Of a stretch of DNA of 64,000 nt, positions 9,337 through 18,204 are shown in pieces; the stretch's first letter is position 1; each line of letters opens with the position of its first letter. The translations under genes and the position numbers were made by a program. The stretch comes from Bacteroidetes bacterium UBA7662 (GTDB lineage: Bacteria; Bacteroidota; Bacteroidia; UBA7662), in contig DLHS01000003.1 in assembly GCA_002483345.1 (NCBI GenBank), positions 8,959 to 72,958 on the forward strand. Reading direction: 5' to 3'. The notes beneath the pieces are model-generated. The model had not been told where the DNA came from and ran no database searches. It worked only from the letters and a program-made list of their open reading frames with translations.

Positions 9337-11106
9337 GTGCTTATGAAAATTGAACGTCTCTTTGATATTCTCCCTTACCAGTTAGACCACCACCCACTCA
9401 AAGATGCCTTATCAGGCAAGGAAAACGGGAAGTGGGTATCGTATAGTACAGAAGAGGTAATTGCTGAGGCCAATGCCATCAGTCTTGGATTATTGGCTCT
9501 TGGGATAAAACCCGGTGATAAAATTGCCACCATCGCGAATAACCGGCCTGAATGGAATTTCACGGATATAGGCATACTGCAATTGGGCGCCATTCATGTT
9601 CCTATCTACCCTACCATTACAGATGAAGATTATACCTACATACTCAACCATGCGGAAGTAAAAATCATCTTTATTTCAAGTCAGGAGCTTTTCGACCGGA
9701 TTAGCAAAATCGCTGAAAACATTTCCTCCGTCGAGCATATCTTCACCTACAACACTGTAAAAGGGGCCAAACACTGGTCGGAAGTGAAAAAAGCAGGGGA
9801 AAGTGGCCAATTGGCTACCGTCAAAGACCTCATGAAGCAGGTCAAATCGGAAGATCTGGCAACCATCATCTATACTTCCGGTACAACCGGTTTCCCTAAA
9901 GGCGTCATGCTGAGCCACCGCAATGTGGTGAGCAATGTAGCTGCCTCCGAGCCAAGGGTTCCGTGCAGTCCGGGAGAGCGTTCGCTGAGTTTTCTCCCGC
10001 TCTGCCACATTTACGAGCGTATGTTAACCTATCTGATGATGTACCGGTCTATCAGTATTTATTACGCTGAAAGTATGGAAACCATCGGTGACAACCTCAA
10101 AGAGGTAAAGCCGCATGTATTCTCTTCTGTCCCGCGTTTGTTGGAAAAGGTTTACGATAAAATTGTTTCGAAAGGCCATGAACTCACGGGCGTGAAAAAA
10201 TCTCTGTTCTTCTGGGCATTAAATCTGGGTTTACGGTATGAACTCAACGGAGCCAATGGCTGGTGGTATGAAGCCCAGTTAAAGCTGGCCAACAAAATCA
10301 TCTTTTCGAAATGGCGGGAGGCGCTGGGAGGTAATGTAAAAGCTATAGTGAGTGGTGCGGCAGCCCTGCAGCCTCGTCTGGCACGGGTCTTCTGGTCAGC
10401 GCAGATTCCGGTTCTGGAAGGTTACGGTCTTACCGAAACTTCGCCTGTTATTTCCGTAAACTACCTGAAAACCATGCAGGTAGAATTCGGTTCAGTGGGA
10501 CCTATTCTGGACGGAGTAGCGGTGAAAATCGCGGCCGACGGGGAGATTTTATGCAAAGGCCCCAACGTCATGATGGGTTATTACAAACGTCAGGAGCTTA
10601 CCGATGAAGTCATCGACCAGGAGGGCTGGTTCCACACCGGTGACATTGGCATGTTTACCGCCCAGGGAAATCTGAAAATCACCGACCGTAAAAAAGAAAT
10701 CTTTAAAACCTCCGGAGGTAAATACATCGCTCCACAGGTGATGGAAAACAAATTCAAAGAATCGCTGCTCATCGAACAACTCATGGTTTGTGGAGAAGGT
10801 AAAAACTTCCCCACCGCCCTGATTACCCCTTCGTGGGATAATCTGAAGTTCTGGTGCGAACACCATGGACTTTCGTATACCACTGATGCGGAAATGTTGA
10901 AGCATCCAAAAGTCATTGAAAAATTCCAGCACGAGGTAGATCACTTCAATGAAGGCTTCGGACAGTGGGAAAAAATAAAAAAATTCGCGCTGCTCCCGGT
11001 AACCTGGGCAGTTGATTCTGGTGAACTAACTGCCAAAATGAGCTTAAAACGAAAATACATACTGGATAAATTCAGAGCCGAGTATGAAAAACTCTATGCT
11101 GAGTAA
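9337..11106 (+). CDS. Long-chain-fatty-acid--CoA ligase (AMP-binding)
   Basis: AMP-binding motif IYTSGTTGFPKGVMLSHRN and the downstream GYGLTET / TGDIG..DRKKEIFK adenylation motifs. Confidence 0.9.
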   Translation: MLMKIERLFDILPYQLDHHPLKDALSGKENGKWVSYSTEEVIAEANAISLGLLALGIKPGDKIATIANNRPEWNFTDIGILQLGAIHVPIYPTITDEDYTYILNHAEVKIIFISSQELFDRISKIAENISSVEHIFTYNTVKGAKHWSEVKKAGESGQLATVKDLMKQVKSEDLATIIYTSGTTGFPKGVMLSHRNVVSNVAASEPRVPCSPGERSLSFLPLCHIYERMLTYLMMYRSISIYYAESMETIGDNLKEVKPHVFSSVPRLLEKVYDKIVSKGHELTGVKKSLFFWALNLGLRYELNGANGWWYEAQLKLANKIIFSKWREALGGNVKAIVSGAAALQPRLARVFWSAQIPVLEGYGLTETSPVISVNYLKTMQVEFGSVGPILDGVAVKIAADGEILCKGPNVMMGYYKRQELTDEVIDQEGWFHTGDIGMFTAQGNLKITDRKKEIFKTSGGKYIAPQVMENKFKESLLIEQLMVCGEGKNFPTALITPSWDNLKFWCEHHGLSYTTDAEMLKHPKVIEKFQHEVDHFNEGFGQWEKIKKFALLPVTWAVDSGELTAKMSLKRKYILDKFRAEYEKLYAE

Positions 11107-11151
11107 ACATCAGCGTAAATCATATCCAACCTGATAATCCGCTTTCAGTAA

Positions 11152-11180
11152 GGCGCCCTTCACAGGGGCGCTTTTTTTTT
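11152..11180 (+). terminator. Rho-independent terminator
   Basis: GCGCCC-TTCACAG-GGGCGC followed by T9. Confidence 0.7.
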
Positions 11181-11198
11181 TGCGGGGACAAAACTTTA

Positions 11199-11217
11199 CT
11201 TGCATATAATATGCAAG
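11199..11217. promoter_or_regulatory. Perfect 9-1-9 palindrome CTTGCATAT-A-ATATGCAAG; putative MarR operator overlapping the promoter
   Basis: Palindrome lies 25 bp upstream of the MarR start and is followed by TATATTTAG, which resembles the Bacteroidetes -7 element TAnnTTTG. Confidence 0.5.
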
Positions 11218-11241
11218 CATATTATATTTAGGCATACTACT

Positions 11242-11727
11242 ATGGAATACATCGATCGCCCCAGCAGAAAGAAGCGCACCGTGTGCTTCGACATGAAACT
11301 TACCTGGCTCAACATCGCCCGTATGTACAATTTTGAAGCAGAGCATTATGGTTTGTCTGTTTCAGCTGCCTTCCTCCTGCTCCATATTGACGATGAAGGC
11401 ACCCAGGTTACTCAGCTGGCTCCCCTGCTTGGCATGGAAGCTTCGAGCATGACCCGTTTACTGAACAATATAGAAACCAACGGTTGGATTGAACGTCGCC
11501 GCGACAACAGCAATGACCGCAGGGCAGTTAAAATCTACCTTACTGACACAGGTAAAATAGCCCGTTCTGTTTCGAAAGAAAAAGTAAAACACTTCAACCA
11601 ACTGGTAGCGGATAAAGTTGGTGAAACCAACCTGGCACTGTTTTTCAAAGTCATTGACCAGATCAACGAGCTGATTCTGAACAACCATATTTTCGAAGAG
11701 AAACAAAATATTTCACTGCAAGCCTAA
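11242..11727 (+). CDS. MarR-family transcriptional regulator
   Basis: Winged-helix MarR pattern (TQVTQLAPLLGMEASSMTRLLNNIETNGWIERRRDNSNDRRAVKIYLTDTGK). First gene of the beta-oxidation cluster. Start chosen at the MEYIDRP ATG. Confidence 0.8.
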   Translation: MEYIDRPSRKKRTVCFDMKLTWLNIARMYNFEAEHYGLSVSAAFLLLHIDDEGTQVTQLAPLLGMEASSMTRLLNNIETNGWIERRRDNSNDRRAVKIYLTDTGKIARSVSKEKVKHFNQLVADKVGETNLALFFKVIDQINELILNNHIFEEKQNISLQA

Positions 11728-11747
11728 ACTTTAAGCATACCAATACC

Positions 11748-14150
11748 ATGCATAAAAATATCCAACATATCACCATACTTGGCTCAGGCATCATGGGCTC
11801 GCGTATCGCATGTCATTTCGCCAACATAGGCGTAAAAGTGCTGCTGCTCGATATGGTACCCCGGGAACTTCTACCCGAAGAGGCTGAAGCAGGTCTTGCC
11901 CTTGAAAATCCCAAAGTCCGTAACAGAATCGTTAACCAGTCACTGGAAAATGCTATAAAAAGTAATCCCGCTCCCCTTTATCACAAAAAATTCGCCAGTC
12001 TGATCAGCACTGGTAATTTTGACGACGACCTCTCCAAAATCACTCAAACCGATTGGATCATGGAGGTGGTAGTAGAGAATCTCAAAATCAAACAAAGCAT
12101 TTTTGAACGGGTAGAGCAATTCCGCAAACCGGGAACGCTCGTAACTTCCAATACCTCCGGCATCCCCATCCACATGATGAATGAAGGCCGTTCGGAAGAC
12201 TTCCGCAAGCACTTTTGCGGCACCCACTTCTTTAATCCACCCCGTTACCTGGCCTTGTTTGAAGTAATTCCCGGACCAGACACAGCACCTGAAATCATTG
12301 ATTTCCTGTTGCAATACGGCAAACAAAAACTCGGGAAAACCGCGGTGCTCGCCAAAGATACCCCTGCCTTTATCGCCAACCGGGTAGGCGTTTTCGGCAT
12401 CATGGCTTTGTTTAACGTACTCGATAAAATTGACCTCCCCCTCGAAGTCATTGACAAGCTTACCGGCCCGCTGGTCGGACGGCCAAAATCAGCCACCTTC
12501 CGCACCTGCGATGTAGTCGGGATAGACACGCTGGCTAAAGTTGCACAGGGGGTGGCCGACAATTGTCCTGAGGATGAATCTATCGGCCTTTTCAAACTGC
12601 CGGAGTTCCTTCAGAAAATGGTCGGGAACAACTGGCTGGGAGATAAAACGGGTCAGGGTTTTTACAAAAAAAGCAAAGGGGCAGACGGTAAAAAAGAGAT
12701 ACTCGCGCTGGATCTGAAAACACTTGAATACAAAGCACAGGAAAAAGTAAAATTTCCGCTGCTTGATCAGATTAAACAGGAAGACAACCTTAAAAAAAGA
12801 CTCAAACTGCTGGTGCAGTCGCCAGACAAAGCCGGTGAATTTTTCCGTTTGACTTATGCCCATCTCTTCCGTTACGTTTCACACCGCATTCCGGAGATTG
12901 CTGACGAACTGTACCGCATCGACGATGGCATGGTAGCCGGTTTTGGCTGGGAGATTGGTCCTTTCGAAAGCTGGGATGCCATCGGCCTGAACGACATGAA
13001 CAACCTCATGAAGCTGTACGGCTTGCCTGCGGCGCCCTGGGTAGATGAAATGCTGGCAGCAGGCCACACAAGTTTCTACAAGATTGAAAACAGTCAGAAG
13101 CTTTATTACGATATCCCTTCGAAAAGCTACAAAAACATCCCCGGTACCGAAAAACTGATTGTGCTGGATAACATCCGCAAAACCAATGTAGTCTGGAAGA
13201 ACAGCGGCACCAGTCTGTACGACCTGGGTGACGGCATCCTGAATATCGAATTCCATACCAAAATGAATGCCATTGGCAGTGAGGTCATCGCCGGCTTTAA
13301 CAAGGCGGTTGATCTGGCAGAAAAAGAATACCGAGGATTGGTAGTTGGCAACCAGGCGGCAGCCTTTTCGGCAGGTGCCAATCTCGGCATGGTATTCATG
13401 CTGGCGGTAGAACAGGAATACGATGAGCTGGATTTCGCCATCAGAGCTTTTCAGAAATTCACCATGCGGGCCCGTTATTCAAGCATACCGGTAGTGGTAG
13501 CTCCACATGGACTTACCCTGGGCGGTGGCTGTGAGCTTTCCCTGCATTCCGACGGCATCCAGGCTGCTGCCGAAACCTATATTGGTTTGGTGGAAGTAGG
13601 TGTCGGGGTGATCCCGGGAGGAGGAGGCACCAAAGAAATGGCTTTAAGGGTATCTGACAGCTTTGAAGCAGGCGATGTGGAGCTGAACAATCTCCAGAGT
13701 GCCTTCATGAACATTGCCACTGCCAAGGTAGCCACCTCTGCCTATGAGGCCTTTGATATGAATTACCTCCGCCGTGGCGACCGGGTAAGTATACATCTCC
13801 CCTCACAGCTGGCCGATGCCAAACGTTTTGCCATCGACCTTGCCGAGGCCGGCTATGTGATGCCACAAACCCGCAATGACATCAAAGTTATGGGCAAATC
13901 AGGCATGGCACTGTTTATGGCTGGTATAAACGGCATGAAGATGGGTAACTACATCAGCGAACACGATCAGAAAATCGCTGAAAAACTGGCCTGGGTCATC
14001 TGCGGCGGCGACCTCTCCTACCCGCAAATGGTCTCCGAACAATACCTCCTCGACCTCGAAAGAGAAGCCTTCCTGAGCCTCCTGGGCGAAAAGAAAACCC
14101 TGGAACGCATTCAGTCGGTGCTCAAGTCCGGCAAGCCACTTCGTAATTAG
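11748..14150 (+). CDS. Multifunctional 3-hydroxyacyl-CoA dehydrogenase / enoyl-CoA hydratase (FadB/FadJ-like)
   Basis: N-terminal NAD-binding ILGSGIMGSRIACHFANIGVKVLLLDM (3HCDH) and C-terminal crotonase-fold region. 800 aa. Confidence 0.85.
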   Translation: MHKNIQHITILGSGIMGSRIACHFANIGVKVLLLDMVPRELLPEEAEAGLALENPKVRNRIVNQSLENAIKSNPAPLYHKKFASLISTGNFDDDLSKITQTDWIMEVVVENLKIKQSIFERVEQFRKPGTLVTSNTSGIPIHMMNEGRSEDFRKHFCGTHFFNPPRYLALFEVIPGPDTAPEIIDFLLQYGKQKLGKTAVLAKDTPAFIANRVGVFGIMALFNVLDKIDLPLEVIDKLTGPLVGRPKSATFRTCDVVGIDTLAKVAQGVADNCPEDESIGLFKLPEFLQKMVGNNWLGDKTGQGFYKKSKGADGKKEILALDLKTLEYKAQEKVKFPLLDQIKQEDNLKKRLKLLVQSPDKAGEFFRLTYAHLFRYVSHRIPEIADELYRIDDGMVAGFGWEIGPFESWDAIGLNDMNNLMKLYGLPAAPWVDEMLAAGHTSFYKIENSQKLYYDIPSKSYKNIPGTEKLIVLDNIRKTNVVWKNSGTSLYDLGDGILNIEFHTKMNAIGSEVIAGFNKAVDLAEKEYRGLVVGNQAAAFSAGANLGMVFMLAVEQEYDELDFAIRAFQKFTMRARYSSIPVVVAPHGLTLGGGCELSLHSDGIQAAAETYIGLVEVGVGVIPGGGGTKEMALRVSDSFEAGDVELNNLQSAFMNIATAKVATSAYEAFDMNYLRRGDRVSIHLPSQLADAKRFAIDLAEAGYVMPQTRNDIKVMGKSGMALFMAGINGMKMGNYISEHDQKIAEKLAWVICGGDLSYPQMVSEQYLLDLEREAFLSLLGEKKTLERIQSVLKSGKPLRN

Positions 14151-14210
14151 CAGTAGTTAGTATAGAGTAGTTAGTATTAAGTAGTAAGTATGTATAAATA
14201 AGTTTTGGAA
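14151..14210. repeat. Three tandem AGTAG(T/A)TAGTAT units; imperfect inverted partner of the ATACTAAATACT ends of the 14596-14722 repeats
   Basis: CAGTAGTTAGTATAGAGTAGTTAGTATTAAGTAGTAAGTAT is seen directly. Its reverse-complement-like partner ATACTAAATACT occurs 3' of the four-helix-bundle gene. Confidence 0.8.
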
Positions 14211-14212
14211 CT

Positions 14213-14593
14213 ATGGGCTCACATCAGTTTAAGGAATTGAAGGTTTGGCAAAAAAGCATGGAGCTTGTGGAGCATATTTATGCTATCAGCTATCTGTTCC
14301 CCAAAATGGAACAGTTTGGATTAGTTTCTCAGATGCGCCGTTCTTCCGTTTCCATTCCTTCCAACATAGCAGAAGGAGCAGGACGGAATTCGACCAAAGA
14401 CTTCGACCATTTTCTGAGCATGGCAAACGGGTCTGCCTATGAGCTCGAAACACAACTGATGATCGCTCAGCGGCTGGATTACCTGTCGACCGAGAAACTA
14501 CAACTCCTTGCTTCAATACTCACAGAAATCACCAAAATGATTTTCTCGCTCAAAAAATCACTACACCAAACCCCCCAACACACCCACAACTAA
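14213..14593 (+). CDS. Four-helix-bundle protein (23S rRNA intervening-sequence protein family)
   Basis: ELKVWQKSMELVEHIYAISYLFPKMEQFGLVSQMRRSSVSIPSNIAEGAGRNSTKDFDHFLSMANGSAYELETQL matches the TIGR02436-type four-helix-bundle family. Inserted between fadB/J and the thiolase gene. Confidence 0.85.
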   Translation: MGSHQFKELKVWQKSMELVEHIYAISYLFPKMEQFGLVSQMRRSSVSIPSNIAEGAGRNSTKDFDHFLSMANGSAYELETQLMIAQRLDYLSTEKLQLLASILTEITKMIFSLKKSLHQTPQHTHN

Positions 14594-14595
14594 AA

Positions 14596-14722
14596 AAAGT
14601 GTGCAAGCACCACAACAACTCGATACTAAATAAAAGGTGCGCAAGCACCGCAACAACTCGATACTAAATACTAAAAAGGTGCGCAAGCACCGCAACAACT
14701 CGATACTAAATACTAAATACTC
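14596..14722. repeat. Three tandem ~43-bp units, each a GGTGC-GCAA-GCACC hairpin (GNRA tetraloop) plus CAACAACTCGATACTAAATACTAAAAA
   Basis: Direct repeats are visible. Copy 1 is slightly diverged (GTGTGCAAGCACC). The array ends at the ATG of the thiolase gene. Confidence 0.85.
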
Positions 14723-15898
14723 ATGAACGCATATATAGTAGCAGCCTACCGCACTGCCGTTGGCAAGGCCGGAAAAGGCGGATTCCGATTTACCCGGCCC
14801 GATGATCTCGCGGCAGACGTCATCAAACACCTGGTGGCCTCTGTGCCTGCCCTTGATCCTGTGCGGATAGATGACCTCATCGTAGGCAATGCCGTACCGG
14901 AAGCAGAGCAAGGTATGCAGATGGGCCGGATGATTTCACTGCTTTCCTTGCCAATCAATGTACCGGGTATGATCGTGAACCGTTATTGCGGTTCCGGTCT
15001 GGAAGCCATCGCCATTGCCAGCACACGCATCCATGCCGGGCTGGCCGACTGCATCATCGCGGGTGGCACTGAATCCATGAGCATGGTGCCTGTCATGGGT
15101 TTTAAAACAGCCCTGAACTACAAGCTCGCCTCAGAACATCCCGATTATTACACTTCCATGGGCCTGACAGCAGAACAGGTTGCCGGCAAGTATGGTATCA
15201 GCCGTGAAGATCAGGACGCGTTCGCGCTTGCCTCCCATAAGAAAGCGCTTGCAGCCATTGAAGCAGGCAAATTCAAAGAGGAAATCGTGCCAATTACAGT
15301 CAGAGAAACCTATATAGATGCCAACATGAAGAAAAAAACACGGGAATATGTAGTGGATACCGATGAAGGTCCCCGCAAGGAAACATCTCCCGAAGCGCTG
15401 GCGAAACTCAAGCCAGTTTTTGCTGCCGGTGGGTCAGTTACAGCCGGAAACTCCTCTCAAACCTCCGACGGAGCCTCTTTTGTCCTGGTGATGTCGGAAA
15501 AAATGGTCAACGAGCTGGGACTGAAACCTATTGCGCGCATGGTTTCTTATGTGGCACAGGGAGTTGACCCGCGGTACATGGGCATAGGACCGGTTGCTGC
15601 TATTCCGCTGGCACTCAAACGGGCGGGGCTGAAGCAATCAGACATACAACAAATCGAGTTAAACGAGGCATTTGCCGCCCAATCACTCGCGGTTATACGT
15701 CAGCTTGAACTTGATCCGGCCATCATCAACCTGAATGGTGGCGCCATTGCACTCGGACACCCGCTGGGTTGTTCCGGCGCCAAACTTTCGGTACAGCTCT
15801 TCAACGAGATGCGCCGACGTAAGCAGCAATACGGTATGGTCAGCGCCTGTGTAGGCGGTGGTCAGGGGGTAGCCGGTATCTATGAATTCCTGAACTAA
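14723..15898 (+). CDS. fadA: Acetyl-CoA C-acyltransferase (3-ketoacyl-CoA thiolase)
   Basis: Thiolase motifs NRYCGSGLEAIAIA (active Cys), NLNGGAIALGHPLGCSGA and CVGGGQG at the C-terminus. Confidence 0.9.
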   Translation: MNAYIVAAYRTAVGKAGKGGFRFTRPDDLAADVIKHLVASVPALDPVRIDDLIVGNAVPEAEQGMQMGRMISLLSLPINVPGMIVNRYCGSGLEAIAIASTRIHAGLADCIIAGGTESMSMVPVMGFKTALNYKLASEHPDYYTSMGLTAEQVAGKYGISREDQDAFALASHKKALAAIEAGKFKEEIVPITVRETYIDANMKKKTREYVVDTDEGPRKETSPEALAKLKPVFAAGGSVTAGNSSQTSDGASFVLVMSEKMVNELGLKPIARMVSYVAQGVDPRYMGIGPVAAIPLALKRAGLKQSDIQQIELNEAFAAQSLAVIRQLELDPAIINLNGGAIALGHPLGCSGAKLSVQLFNEMRRRKQQYGMVSACVGGGQGVAGIYEFLN

Positions 15899-15918
15899 TT
15901 TATTTAAAACGACATACG

Positions 15919-17721
15919 ATGGAAACTGAAACAAAAAAGAACCTCCGTGGAGGTGAGTGGCTGGTAAAAGATCAGCCGGCCAGCGACATATTTATCCGGG
16001 AAGATTTTTCCGAAGAACAGTTAATGATGTTCGAAGCTACCAAGGAATTTATGAAGACCGAAGTGGCTCCCAACCTCAATCGCTTCGAAAAAGGCGATTA
16101 CGCCCTGGTAGAAAGCCTGATGAAAAAAGCAGGTGAGATGGGCCTCCTGGGTATCAGTGTCCCGCAGGAATATGGTGGTCTGGGTATGGGCTTTAACACC
16201 TCCATGCTTATTTGTGAAGAAATATCCAGCATGACTGGTTCGCTCGCAACGGCTTTCGGAGCGCATACCGGAATAGGTACACTACCCATTCAGTATTATG
16301 CCAGTGAAGCCCTCAAACAAAAATTCATCCCGAAAATTGCCTCAGGCGAATGGATCAGCTGTTACAATCTCACGGAACCAGATGCCGGATCAGATGCTAA
16401 TTCTGGCAAAACCAAGGCAGTGCTGACTGCAGATGGCAGGCACTATGAAATTACCGGCCAAAAAATATGGATTTCAAACGCCGGCTTTGCAGATGTATTT
16501 ATTGTTTTTGCCCGCATTGAAGACGATAAAAACATCACCGGTTTTGTATTCCACAAAGATGAAGTAACCGGACTGTCGCTGAACGATGAAGAACATAAAC
16601 TGGGACTCAAGTCTTCCTCTACCCGCCAGGTATTTTATGACAAAGTAAAAGTACCTGCCGAAAGTATGCTGGCAGAGCGTGGCGAGGGTTTTAAAATTGC
16701 CGTCAATGCCCTCAATGCAGGACGGATCAAACTGGGTGCGGCAGTAGTAGGCGCAGGCTTCAAAGTAATAGGCCTGGCAGTGAACTACGCCAATGAGCGT
16801 AAACAATTCGGCACTACCATCGGAAACTTCGGTGCCATTCAGCATAAACTGGCAGAAATGGCAACCCTGGCCTATGTAGCAGATGCGGCACTTTACCGGG
16901 CAGGTCAGGACATCGAAGACAACCAGAATCGCCTGCTCGCCAAAGGACTTCCTGAAGCGGAAGCCAAACTCAAAGGCATTGAGGAATATGCGGTAGAATG
17001 CGCCATCATCAAGGTATTCTGCTCTGAAGCTATGGCCTATATCGCCGATGAAGGCGTACAGATTTACGGCGGCATGGGCTATTCAGCCGATGCGCCCATG
17101 GAAGCTGCCTACCGCGATGCCCGTATCAGTCGCATTTATGAGGGGACCAACGAAATCAACCGCATGCTCACAGTGGATATGCTGCTGCGCAAAGCCCTCA
17201 AAGGTCAGCTCGATCTTGTGGGGCCTGCCATGAAAGTAGCCCAGGAACTGATGGACATTCCTGATTTTGGGGCGGAAGAGGAAACCGGCTTGTTTGTAGC
17301 AGAGAAAAAAGTGCTGAAAAATCTGAAGAAAGCCACTTTGCTGGTCGCCGGTGCTGCCGTTCAGAAATTCGCCACCAAACTCGAACAAGAGCAGGAAATT
17401 CTGATGCAGGTAGCCGATATGGCCATTGAAGTCTATGTACTTGAATCTGCCTTGCTCAAGACAGAAAAACTGGTTGGTCGTATAGGCCTGGAAGCTTGTA
17501 CCGAACGCGTCGACATGGTGATAAACTACACCCACCGAGCAGCCAACAAAGTTAATGTGGCAGGCAAAGAAGCTGTTTTTGCCATTGCAGAGGGAGATGA
17601 GCAACGTATGATGCTTTTAGGGCTCAAACGTTTCACCAAAACAGAAGCGGTAAATCTCAAGGAAGTGCGTCGCCGTATAGCTGCCAAAATACTGGCCGAA
17701 AACAAATATTGCTTCGCCTGA
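15919..17721 (+). CDS. Acyl-CoA dehydrogenase family protein (long form, 600 aa)
   Basis: ACAD N-terminal, middle and C-terminal domain motifs (YNLTEPDAGSDANS, IYGGMGYSADAPMEAAYRDARISRIYEGTNEI). Confidence 0.9.
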   Translation: METETKKNLRGGEWLVKDQPASDIFIREDFSEEQLMMFEATKEFMKTEVAPNLNRFEKGDYALVESLMKKAGEMGLLGISVPQEYGGLGMGFNTSMLICEEISSMTGSLATAFGAHTGIGTLPIQYYASEALKQKFIPKIASGEWISCYNLTEPDAGSDANSGKTKAVLTADGRHYEITGQKIWISNAGFADVFIVFARIEDDKNITGFVFHKDEVTGLSLNDEEHKLGLKSSSTRQVFYDKVKVPAESMLAERGEGFKIAVNALNAGRIKLGAAVVGAGFKVIGLAVNYANERKQFGTTIGNFGAIQHKLAEMATLAYVADAALYRAGQDIEDNQNRLLAKGLPEAEAKLKGIEEYAVECAIIKVFCSEAMAYIADEGVQIYGGMGYSADAPMEAAYRDARISRIYEGTNEINRMLTVDMLLRKALKGQLDLVGPAMKVAQELMDIPDFGAEEETGLFVAEKKVLKNLKKATLLVAGAAVQKFATKLEQEQEILMQVADMAIEVYVLESALLKTEKLVGRIGLEACTERVDMVINYTHRAANKVNVAGKEAVFAIAEGDEQRMMLLGLKRFTKTEAVNLKEVRRRIAAKILAENKYCFA

Positions 17722-17861
17722 TAGGTTAGACATCGAGAGGGTGAGATACAAGAGACAAGACGGGCTTTCCCTGAGTCTGTCATTCCGGGTAGGTTTGGTA
17801 AAAAATGAGCACCACCAACCTCATCGAGAAAGACAGACCGAAGCCATACAAAAACCAGTTT

Positions 17862-17908
17862 CGCCCTCTCGTATCTCGTATCTCGTATCTCGTATCTCGC
17901 CCTCTCAA
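17862..17908. repeat. (TCTCGTA)n tract flanked by CGCCCTCTC; same family as 1430-1515 and 28378-28442
   Basis: CGCCCTCTCGTATCTCGTATCTCGTATCTCGTATCTCGCCCTCTC. An AGACATCGAGAG MITE-end motif also occurs at 17728-17739. Confidence 0.8.
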
Positions 17909-17926
17909 ACCCTAAAAATCCAAAAA

Positions 17927-18199
17927 ATGCACCTCTTCCTCGTACACCTCGGTTATTACGATGACCTCAGCGCCGGCGTTTTTGAATCACATACCAATCT
18001 GTTTGTTGTAGCAGATGATTGGGAAGACGCCCGTGCCAAAGCCAAAGCCCTGCCGGTAGTTGTTGAAAAAAGGATGCATATTGACGGACTGCAGAAAATT
18101 GAAAAAGTAGACGGTTACCGGATCAGCTTACAGGAAGAAGCCGGAGAAAACCAGATTAACAGCTTCCACTTCAGGGAATTGGGCAAAAAACCAGACTGA
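17927..18199 (+). CDS. Small conserved hypothetical protein (possibly DUF1543-like)
   Basis: 90-aa ORF from ATG 17927 (MHLFLVHLGYYDD...VVADDWEDARAKAKAL...MHIDGLQKIEKVDGYRISL). The family assignment is from memory only. The longer ORF from 17741 spans the repeat tract and is unlikely. Confidence 0.4.
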   Translation: MHLFLVHLGYYDDLSAGVFESHTNLFVVADDWEDARAKAKALPVVVEKRMHIDGLQKIEKVDGYRISLQEEAGENQINSFHFRELGKKPD

Positions 18200-18204
18200 T
18201 TATT

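Noticed and set aside
17741-17926. Longer 152-aa version of the DUF1543-like ORF
   Set aside because: The extension is translated through the AGACATCGAGAG motif and the (TCTCGTA)n tract. The internal ATG at 17927 gives a compact protein immediately after the repeat.
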